In this document: piece by piece, positions 30,201 through 37,432 of the stretch | How positions within the stretch are numbered: the stretch's first letter is position 1 | Layout of the letters: every line of letters starts with the position of its first letter | Origin: an uncultured Arcobacter sp. | GTDB taxonomy: Bacteria; Campylobacterota; Campylobacteria; Campylobacterales; Arcobacteraceae | Direction: 5' to 3' | Length of the DNA: 64,000 nt | Assembly: GCA_965140705.1 (NCBI GenBank) | Contig: OZ223300.1 | Span: 768,001-832,000 of the forward strand | Position numbers and translations under genes: made by a program | The notes under the pieces: model-generated | Database searches by the model: none | Seen by the model: the letters and a program-made list of their open reading frames with translations, nothing else | Told to the model about the DNA's origin: nothing

Positions 30201-31579
30201 GTTGGGTTAATTCTATTGCAGAGGATGAAAAAAACATTTATGTTGGTTCTAGTGATGGATTTAAAGTATATAGTAAAAAGAGTTTTAGCTGTATTAAAGA
30301 GATAAACAGTGGTAGGATTAATTCTATTGCAGAGGATGAAAAAAACATTTATGTTGGTTCTCGCGATGGATTTAAAGTATATAGTAAAGAGAGTTTTAGC
30401 TGTATTAAAGAGATAAACAGTGGTTGGGTTGATTCTATTGCAGAGGATGAAAAAAACATTTATGTTGGTTCTGACGATGGATTTAAAGTATATAGTAAAG
30501 AGAGTTTTAGCTGTATTAAAGAGATAAACAGTGGTAGGATTAATTCTATTGCAGAGGATGAAAAAAACATTTATGTTGTTTTTAACAATGGATTTAAAGT
30601 GTATAGTAAAGAGAGTTTTAGCTGTATTAAAGAGATAAACAGTGATTGGGTTAATTCTATTGCAGAAGATGAAAAAAACATTTATGTTGGTTCTCGCGAT
30701 GGATTTAAAGTATATAGTAAAGAGAGTTTTAGCTGTATTAAAGAGATAAACAGTGGTTGGGTTAATTCTATTGCAGAGGATGAAAAAAACACTTATGTTG
30801 GTTTTAGCGATGGATTTAAAGTATATAGTAAAGAGAGTTTTAGCTGTATTAAAGAGATAAACGGTGGTTGGGTTAATTCTATTGCAGAGGATGAAAAAAA
30901 CATTTATGTTGGTTTTAGCGATGGATTTAAAGTATATAGTAAAGAGAGTTTTAGCTGTATTAAAGAGATAAACGGTGGTTGGGTTAATTCTATTGCAGAG
31001 GATGAAAAAAACACTTATGTTGGTTCTAGTGATGGATTTAAAGTATATAGTAAAAAGAGTTTTAGCTGTATTAAAGAGATAAACAGTGGTAGGATTAATT
31101 CTATTGCAGAGGATGAAAAAAACATTTATGTTGGTTCTGACGATGGATTTAAAGTATATAGTAAAGAGAGTTTTAGCTGTATTAAAGAGATAAACAGTGG
31201 TTGGGTTGATTCTATTGCAGAGGATGAAAAAAACATTTATGTTGGTTCTGACGATGGATTTAAAGTATATAGTAAAGAGAGTTTTAGCTGTATTAAAGAG
31301 ATAAACAGTGATAGGATTAATTCTATTGCAGAGGATGAAAAAAACATTTATGTTGTTTTTAACAATGGATTTAAAGTGTATAATAAAATAAATTTTAATA
31401 ATAAAATTATACTTGCATTAGGGAATGAAAGAGATTGGTGTAGTATTAATTTTGAAAGAAATGTTATAAAAGGGACTGAAATGTCTTGGAAACTTGTAAC
31501 GGTTGAAGATGAAAAAGGTTATGTGTTTAGTGTAGATGAACTAGTTAATTTTGAACTTTGTAACTATATTAATAATTGA
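27242..31579 (+). CDS. NLR-like STAND protein: N-terminal domain, TIR, NACHT, pentapeptide-like linker, 14 WD40-like repeats
   Basis: IFISY (136-140) and SDYIKEVEL (TIR), GEYGVGKT (Walker A), ILIFDGLDE (Walker B), ISCR, KPLML, FSHSSFYEYFIA; AGGAG before GTG. Confidence 0.9.
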   Translation: MEKVLEAYKVFLETEELGATDTKKLNLVISKLDNENKILKNDVIFLIAKSSKDKDGAYRNFVSRLENAINVAKDEAKEDIKDVLNTLYLEKIKINDKQYLKFHGNVLKPLNTVIPNTNYSEENYIEALGTNSKLNIFISYATSDEKDVALFKSTLEKIADDKVITWTMGKLVHGISFDKQIKKELEKCDYGFAMVSKNFLNSDYIKEVELKRLLEDNIIFPILLDGSFSELGEEHKDEIVKKLLQTHIFSLKDRGRNDSFSKMVDDNSREIFVNAVIKALENRKNHDLEEENIFRANHQCYINSRKEYNPKLYTDSYCTRQEITTAVETMVNDEETLENRVNLLADMINWVTEKNSPIYALLGEYGVGKTFNTRMFASKLEELRKTKKDLPYPLYIDLRDTPTFIELNGSKRQVTVEELIVEILRLSNNKEFSAEKIIEDNKKGKAILIFDGLDEKLVHYPKDMKNKFLRELVNVLDVRNFVKTNQKILISCRTHYFESIKEQNSFLRDNERFDVGKTNYHATEILPFNMEQIKSYIKKVFPSDEIEKILTFISSDNYLKTIVTKPLMLNKLSAILPKLIEHKNGNKKITSKVFYQALIDDTFSRDNEKHTINIRDKKRLLKEVSYMFYKKGIQSISIDKLNDWFNEYIYEQPIFKKYQEKDFDILELDLRNSSLLVRFGDANFGFSHSSFYEYFIAEYLFENWENFHFSGKLSELTFEFIKDTIKELDFNDKNEFIGKLKKTLAKDTLENKKFQLDLLKELKIDVDNIILDTQELEYYTMKNIHCNYLKVRNTNLFSCKLIDCSINSLDVVNSNFNESYIKNCKITKITKDNKSIMDYITDFDNVIDEHILKLKGLHNFKNNNKINITRVNISGGRISSIAEDEKNIYVGSSDGFKVYSKESFSCIKEINSGWVNSIAEDEKNIYVGSRDGFKVYSKESFSCIKEINSGWVNSIAEDEKNTYVGFSDGFKVYSKESFSCIKEINGGWVNSIAEDEKNIYVGSSDGFKVYSKKSFSCIKEINSGRINSIAEDEKNIYVGSRDGFKVYSKESFSCIKEINSGWVDSIAEDEKNIYVGSDDGFKVYSKESFSCIKEINSGRINSIAEDEKNIYVVFNNGFKVYSKESFSCIKEINSDWVNSIAEDEKNIYVGSRDGFKVYSKESFSCIKEINSGWVNSIAEDEKNTYVGFSDGFKVYSKESFSCIKEINGGWVNSIAEDEKNIYVGFSDGFKVYSKESFSCIKEINGGWVNSIAEDEKNTYVGSSDGFKVYSKKSFSCIKEINSGRINSIAEDEKNIYVGSDDGFKVYSKESFSCIKEINSGWVDSIAEDEKNIYVGSDDGFKVYSKESFSCIKEINSDRINSIAEDEKNIYVVFNNGFKVYNKINFNNKIILALGNERDWCSINFERNVIKGTEMSWKLVTVEDEKGYVFSVDELVNFELCNYINN
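29858..31382 (+). repeat. Intragenic tandem array of 14 x 111 bp (37 aa), last unit partial
   Basis: TATTGCAGA anchor recurs every 111 nt from 29881 to 31324. Confidence 0.98.
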
Positions 31580-31592
31580 TTTAAATGGGATA

Positions 31593-31628
31593 AAAAAAGG
31601 GTAAGAATAAAAATTCTTACCCTTTTTT
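31593..31628. terminator. Bidirectional intrinsic terminator between the NLR-like gene and ackA
   Basis: AAAAAAGGGTAAGAAT-AAAA-ATTCTTACCCTTTTTT. Confidence 0.85.
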
Positions 31629-31645
31629 AGTTTTTTTCTAAATAC

Positions 31646-32845
31646 TTATCTAGATTCTGTAACTACTTTAAATGTATCATTTGCAATTACATACTCTTCA
31701 TTTGTAGGAATTACAAAGATTCTTGAAGCTGAACCATTTGTTGCTATATCTCTAGCAACTTTTGATCTTTTGTTGTTTTTAACAGGGTCTAAAACTAATC
31801 CCATAGCATCAAGACCTGCACAAACTTTTTCTCTGATTAATGCTGCATTTTCACCAATACCACCTGTGAAACATAAAGCATCAACACCATCAAGTGCTGC
31901 AACGTAAGAACCAACATATTTTTTGATATTGTATGCAACCATATCAACAGCTAATCTACATCTTTCATCACCATTTTGCATACCCTCAAGCACTTCTCTT
32001 AAATCTGATGATTTTCCAGAAATACCTAAAATACCTGATTTTTTATTCATAATATCAAGTGCTTCTTCTATAGTCATGTTTTCTTGATGCATCATAAATT
32101 GTAAAGCCCCAGCACCAACATCTCCAGATCTAGTACCCATCATAAGACCTTGAACAGGAGTTAGTCCCATAGAAGTATCAATACATTTACCATCATGTAC
32201 AGCAGAAACAGAAGAGCCATTTCCTAAGTGACATACGATGATTCTAGTATTATGTTTTCTATCTAACATTTGTCTAGCTTCATTTGATACAAAGAAGTGA
32301 CTAGTACCGTGGAAACCATACTTTCTAATACCATGTTTAGTATATTGGTCATAAGGAAGAGCATACATATATGCATAATCTGGCATTGTTTGGTGAAATG
32401 CTGTATCAAATACTGCAACATTTGGTTTACCAGGCATAAGTTCTTGACATATTTCCATACCTAAAATATTTGCTGGATTATGTAATGGAGCAAGAGGTAT
32501 AAGTTTTTTCATAGTCTCAATTACTCTATCATTTACTAAAATTGAAGCTGAGAATTCTTCTCCCCCATGTACAGCTCTATGTCCTATTGCTTCAATATCA
32601 TTGATTGAATCAATAACTTTACCTTCCCCCGAAGTTAAAGTTGATAAAACTGCTTCAATAGCTTCTTTGTGCGTTGGCATAGCAATATCAAGTTTTAACT
32701 CTTTATCCTCACCATACTCATGTTTTAAAACCCCATCAATACCTATTCTTTCACAAATACCTGATGCAAAAACTTTTTTAATAATTGGATTCATTAATTG
32801 ATATTTTAATGATGAACTTCCTGCGTTTAAGATGAATACTAACAT
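31646..32845 (-). CDS. ackA: Acetate kinase
   Basis: NAGSSSLK, GHRAVHGG, APLHN, FDTAFH, CHLGNG, FTGGIGEN, PTNEE. Confidence 0.96.
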   Translation of the reverse strand: MLVFILNAGSSSLKYQLMNPIIKKVFASGICERIGIDGVLKHEYGEDKELKLDIAMPTHKEAIEAVLSTLTSGEGKVIDSINDIEAIGHRAVHGGEEFSASILVNDRVIETMKKLIPLAPLHNPANILGMEICQELMPGKPNVAVFDTAFHQTMPDYAYMYALPYDQYTKHGIRKYGFHGTSHFFVSNEARQMLDRKHNTRIIVCHLGNGSSVSAVHDGKCIDTSMGLTPVQGLMMGTRSGDVGAGALQFMMHQENMTIEEALDIMNKKSGILGISGKSSDLREVLEGMQNGDERCRLAVDMVAYNIKKYVGSYVAALDGVDALCFTGGIGENAALIREKVCAGLDAMGLVLDPVKNNKRSKVARDIATNGSASRIFVIPTNEEYVIANDTFKVVTESR

Positions 32846-32873
32846 AAATAAAACTCCTTTGTTTGATTGTTTA

Positions 32874-33872
32874 TTATTTTACTACTTGAGTTGCTGTAAT
32901 AGCTACTAAATTTGAAATATCTTCAATAGAACAACCTCTTGAAAGGTCATTTACTGGTTTATTTAGACCTTGAACAATAGGTCCATGTGCTGCAGCCCCT
33001 GCAAATCTTTGTACTAATTTATATCCTATATTTCCAGATTGTAAATCAGGGAATACTAAAACATTAGCTTTTCCTGCTACTTTTGAACCTGGTGCTTTTG
33101 AAGCCCCCACCGCTTCAATTATCGCAGCATCTGCTTGCATTTCACCATCAAAAGAGAAATTAACATTTCTCTCTTCTAAAATATCACAAGCAAATTGAAC
33201 TTTATCAACTAAAGGATGTTTTGCACTACCTTTTGTAGAAAAAGACAACATTGCAACTCTTGGCTCTAATCCAACAACACTTTTTGCAGTTGTTGCAGTT
33301 GCACTTGCAATATCTGCTAGTTGTTCAGCATTTGGCTCTGGATTTACAGCACAATCTGCAAATAAAATGAGTCCATTATCTCCAAATTTACCATCGGCAG
33401 TTTCCATAATAAATGTAGAAGAAACAGTGCTTATTCCTGGTGCTGTTTTAATAACTTGTATTGCAGCTCTTAAAACATCAGCTGTAGGTGAACTTGATCC
33501 TGCAACTAAACCATCAGCATCTCCAAGTCTTACCATCATACATCCAAAGAATCTAGGTTCAGTTGTCATGATTTCTCTAGCTTCTTCTTCTGTTAACCCC
33601 TTAGATTTTCTAAGTTGAACTAATTCATCTACATATTTATCTAAATCATTAAAAGATTTTGGATTTATTATTGAAGCTCCATCAATATTTGCATCGCATG
33701 CTTTTGCATCTGCTTTGATTTTATCCTCATCCCCAATTAAAATAATATTAGCAGTCTTATCTTTTAAAACTTGCTGTGTTGCTTTTAGAACTCTTTCATC
33801 TTCAGATTCTGGAAGAACGATAGTTCTTAATTCCTCTTTGGCTTTTGACTTAATATTCTCAATTAGACCCAT
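32874..33872 (-). CDS. pta: Phosphate acetyltransferase (short type)
   Basis: IVLPESEDER, FADCA, LSFSTKGS, DGEMQAD, DLSRGC. Confidence 0.96.
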   Translation of the reverse strand: MGLIENIKSKAKEELRTIVLPESEDERVLKATQQVLKDKTANIILIGDEDKIKADAKACDANIDGASIINPKSFNDLDKYVDELVQLRKSKGLTEEEAREIMTTEPRFFGCMMVRLGDADGLVAGSSSPTADVLRAAIQVIKTAPGISTVSSTFIMETADGKFGDNGLILFADCAVNPEPNAEQLADIASATATTAKSVVGLEPRVAMLSFSTKGSAKHPLVDKVQFACDILEERNVNFSFDGEMQADAAIIEAVGASKAPGSKVAGKANVLVFPDLQSGNIGYKLVQRFAGAAAHGPIVQGLNKPVNDLSRGCSIEDISNLVAITATQVVK

Positions 33873-34107
33873 AGAATTAACCCTTTCTGCTTAATTTGTA
33901 TTTAGATTATATTTTACTAAGATAGCATTAATATAGCAAGTATATATATTCTAAATAGTAGATAACAATTTTATGTAATGTATTACAAAAAGATACATAA
34001 TTTTTACATATTTTAATTTAAAATAAAAAAATGGGTAGAAAAGTAATAAAAAATTAGTTATTTAAAAGATTATTTTGTTTGTATAGGTAGTTCAAGAGTG
34101 TGTTCTT

Positions 34108-34422
34108 TTAACAACACTCTTGTTCACATTTATTTAATGCATTTATTGCCTGTTCATCTTCTGCTTTTTCAAAAAGTTCATCTAAGTAAAAGCTATTAGA
34201 ACAGACTAAATATAGTAGTTCTTCTTTTGTATCAGATTTTGGATCTCTATCATAATAAGCTTGTGGAATCATTGGAACTATCTTTTTCCAATAAATATTC
34301 ATATTTTTTGGATTCTCCAGTACTCTTAACATATTGTCAATAACCACACAAGCATTTTCAAAGCAATCAATGTTTTTAAAGCTTTCATAACTCTCGTTTA
34401 CTCTTATTTCAAAATTAGACAT
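34108..34422 (-). CDS. cowN: CowN-like protein (nitrogenase CO-protection family)
   Basis: Y.SF..IDC..NA N-terminus, N.YW, ELFE..ED..A..L..E.ECC C-terminus, about 100 aa; recognised by eye. Confidence 0.7.
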   Translation of the reverse strand: MSNFEIRVNESYESFKNIDCFENACVVIDNMLRVLENPKNMNIYWKKIVPMIPQAYYDRDPKSDTKEELLYLVCSNSFYLDELFEKAEDEQAINALNKCEQECC

Positions 34423-34520
34423 TTTTTCTCCTACAGTATGTCTAAAAATTATACAGTTTAATTTACATTTTGTTATGATATTAAATGAAAAATTATTGAC
34501 ATTTTACGAAATGGAGTTAT

Positions 34521-35522
34521 ATGGCAAAGGTTTCTTCTATTACATTTCACTATGTAATAAAAGCTTTAGAAAAAAATAGTTCAATTACTATTGATGAAAT
34601 GTTAGAACAAGTTGATTTATCAAAAGAGATTTTATTAAAAGAAAATGTTCAAATAGAGAGTTCAAAATTATCTGATATCTTTAATTATTGCATAAAAAAA
34701 AGTGGTGATAATACTTTATCATTGAAAATAGGAAGTTCTATTACCTATCACTCTTTAGGTATTTTAGGTTATTTATTACTTAATGCCAAAAATCTAAAAG
34801 ATGTGATAGAAAAATTTGATAATTATCAAAAACTTATTAGTGGTTTTATGAAATTTAATTTATCAAAAGATGAAGAGTATTATAAAATGGCTATATATAT
34901 AAATGAAAATCCAGTGATTCCAGTACCTAAATATCATGCTGAAGTTCATTTAAGTGCAATAATGGCAATTTTAAATCAACTTATTGGTCATAAAATTACT
35001 CCTGATTTAACATTTTTTTCAACAAATAGTTTAGATGATATTGAAAAATATAATGAAATATTTGGTAAAAATATTATGTTAAATAAAAATGAAAATGCAA
35101 TTTTATTTAAAAGAAGTAAATTAAATATTGAAATAAATAATTCAAACCCTTTGATGCTAGAATATTTTGAAACACAAGCAAATAGAATACTAGAAACTAT
35201 GGTAGCAAGTACTTGGTACTCAAAAGTAAAAAGAGAAATTTTAAAAAATATTGGAGAACATGATATAAGTATTGAATTTATATCAAATAAATTAAATGTT
35301 AGTACTCGAACATTACAATATAATTTAAAAGCTGAAAATAAAAAGTTTAGAGATGCTTTGTTAAGTGTTAAGATGCAATTGGCAAATCATTATATAAAAA
35401 ATACAAAAATGGATTTTGGAAGTATTGCTATTTTATTAGGATATAAAGAGTCTAGCTCATTTTTTAGGGCTTATAAAAAGTATTATAAGCAAACTCCTAG
35501 GAGTTTCGAAGTAAAGGGTTAA
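34521..35522 (+). CDS. AraC family regulator (long OruR/VqsM-like N-terminal domain)
   Basis: LGILGY N-domain, STRTLQ, IAILLGY.ESSSF.RAYKK...TP. Confidence 0.9.
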   Translation: MAKVSSITFHYVIKALEKNSSITIDEMLEQVDLSKEILLKENVQIESSKLSDIFNYCIKKSGDNTLSLKIGSSITYHSLGILGYLLLNAKNLKDVIEKFDNYQKLISGFMKFNLSKDEEYYKMAIYINENPVIPVPKYHAEVHLSAIMAILNQLIGHKITPDLTFFSTNSLDDIEKYNEIFGKNIMLNKNENAILFKRSKLNIEINNSNPLMLEYFETQANRILETMVASTWYSKVKREILKNIGEHDISIEFISNKLNVSTRTLQYNLKAENKKFRDALLSVKMQLANHYIKNTKMDFGSIAILLGYKESSSFFRAYKKYYKQTPRSFEVKG

Positions 35523-36715
35523 TTACCCTTTACTAACTTGTATGTATCTTGTGCTATTACAAGTTCTTCATTTGTAGGAATTACAAATATTCTTGTATTA
35601 GAATCTTCTGTACTTATTTCTCTATTTTCTTTTGATCTTATTTTATTTTTCTCTTTATCTAGAATAATTCCCATAAAGTCTAAATCAGAACAGGCATTTT
35701 CTCTTATTAAATCTGAATTTTCACCAATACCAGCTGTAAAACAAATAGCATCAACTCCACCCATTAATCCTGCATATGAACAGATAAATCTTTTGATTTT
35801 ATTACATAACATTTTAATAGTAGTTTTTGCTCTTTTATCCCCATCATTGGCAGCTTTTATTACTTCTCTTAAATCAGAGCTAATACCAGATAATCCCAAA
35901 ATACCAGATTTTTTATTTAGATAATCAATTATTTGATGGGGATCCATATTTTTTTTGCCCATTAGATATGGAATAACACCAGCATCAATATCCCCACATC
36001 TAGTACCCATAATTAAACCTTCTAGTGGAGTTAATCCCATAGTTGTACATAGTGATTTCCCATCTTTAACTGCACAAAGTGAAGACCCATTTCCTAAATG
36101 ACAAACAATAATTTTAGTATTTTTCTTATTTCCTAAAAGTTTTATTGCTTCCTTTGAAACATAACTATGACTTGTACCATGGAAACCATATTTTCTTAGT
36201 TTGTATTTTGTGTAATCTTCATGTGGAACAGCATATAAATAGTTTTCAGGTGGCATTGTTTGATGAAATGCTGTATCAAATACTGCTACATTTGGTTTAC
36301 CAGGAATAAGTTCTTGACAAATTCTCATACCTAAAATATTTGCAGAATTATGTAAAGGTGCTAAAGGTATTAGCTCTTCTATTTGTTTGATTACTTTTTC
36401 TGTGATTATTACTGATGATTTAAAGTTTTCCCCACCATGAACAACTCTGTGACCAATAGCATCAATTTCATCAACAGAATCAATAACTTTCGTTTCATAA
36501 ATAGTTAATGTTTTTAAAACAAGTTCAATTGCTTCTTTATGTGTTGGCATCTCTATTTCAAAAGTTAATTTTTTATTTACACCAACTTCATGTTTAAGTA
36601 TTCCATCAATTCCAATTCTTTCAACTAATCCACTAGCTATTGCTACCCCTGTTTTAGTATCTACTAGTTGATATTTTAAAGAAGAACTCCCCGCATTTAA
36701 TACAAGTACTAACAT
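35519..36715 (-). CDS. ackA: Second acetate/propionate kinase
   Basis: Same acetate kinase motifs as 31646-32845. Confidence 0.93.
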   Translation of the reverse strand: MLVLVLNAGSSSLKYQLVDTKTGVAIASGLVERIGIDGILKHEVGVNKKLTFEIEMPTHKEAIELVLKTLTIYETKVIDSVDEIDAIGHRVVHGGENFKSSVIITEKVIKQIEELIPLAPLHNSANILGMRICQELIPGKPNVAVFDTAFHQTMPPENYLYAVPHEDYTKYKLRKYGFHGTSHSYVSKEAIKLLGNKKNTKIIVCHLGNGSSLCAVKDGKSLCTTMGLTPLEGLIMGTRCGDIDAGVIPYLMGKKNMDPHQIIDYLNKKSGILGLSGISSDLREVIKAANDGDKRAKTTIKMLCNKIKRFICSYAGLMGGVDAICFTAGIGENSDLIRENACSDLDFMGIILDKEKNKIRSKENREISTEDSNTRIFVIPTNEELVIAQDTYKLVKGN

Positions 36716-36802
36716 ATATAAATCCCTTCGTTATAATTTAAGGTAAAGATTATAGTAGTATTTTTTGGAAATACTTATTAAGTTATTATTTAAATTTGCT
36801 TA

Positions 36803-37432
36803 TTAAGTATAAAAAGTTGATTTGGCAGCTGGTAAACCTTTTAGTTTTAGAAAAATCATTGAAGTCATTATTGCATCATTTAGAGCATCATGTTTACCCA
36901 ATAGTGGTATATCTAACTCTTTCATTATTGTGTCAAACTTTAAATCTACAAATTCATAATCACTTCTTCTTTTTTTAGTTTTATAATACATTGAAGATAC
37001 TTCAATTGAAGAGTTTGGAAGTTTTATACCAATGTATTTTTTAGTATATCTTGAAATAATTGCTATATCAAATTTTATATAATATCCCACAATAACTCTC
37101 GAACCAATAAATTTTAGAAGTTCATAAATAGCTTCTTCTGGGTCAATTGCATTTTCTAAATCTATTGGTCTTATTCTATGAATAAGAATTGATTGTGTAG
37201 ATATTTTATCAGATGGTTTAACATATATGTTAAATGTTTTGCTCATTAGCACTTTATTTTCTTTGATAATAACTGCACCAATAGATAAAATTTCATCCTT
37301 TTTGGGATTTAGACCTGTGGTTTCACAGTCTAAACAAACATATTCATTTTTTGGTTCTTCATCAAAAAGATATTCAAACTCTTTTTTTATGAGTTTTTTC
37401 TTTTGTAAATTTTTAAAAAAGTTTTTAAACAT
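36803..37432 (-). CDS. DEDDh 3'-5' exonuclease (DnaQ-like)
   Basis: LDCETTG, VGYYIKFD, HDALNDA. Confidence 0.9.
   Translation of the reverse strand: MFKNFFKNLQKKKLIKKEFEYLFDEEPKNEYVCLDCETTGLNPKKDEILSIGAVIIKENKVLMSKTFNIYVKPSDKISTQSILIHRIRPIDLENAIDPEEAIYELLKFIGSRVIVGYYIKFDIAIISRYTKKYIGIKLPNSSIEVSSMYYKTKKRRSDYEFVDLKFDTIMKELDIPLLGKHDALNDAIMTSMIFLKLKGLPAAKSTFYT

Noticed and set aside
29858..31382. 111-bp repeats as a CRISPR array
   Set aside because: No unique spacers; units are contiguous, in frame within a CDS, and no cas genes are present
29858..31382. DGR-style adenine mutagenesis (codon 21 AAC/AGC/GAC/CGC; codon 7 AAT/GAT/AGT)
   Set aside because: No reverse transcriptase or non-coding template repeat in the window; most adenines in the unit are invariant; several variants are T/C or G/T. 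A genome-wide search for an RT and a remote template would settle it
29858..31382. A7 tract in every repeat as a phase-variation switch
   Set aside because: All 14 tracts have the same length, and A7 runs are common in this AT-rich sequence
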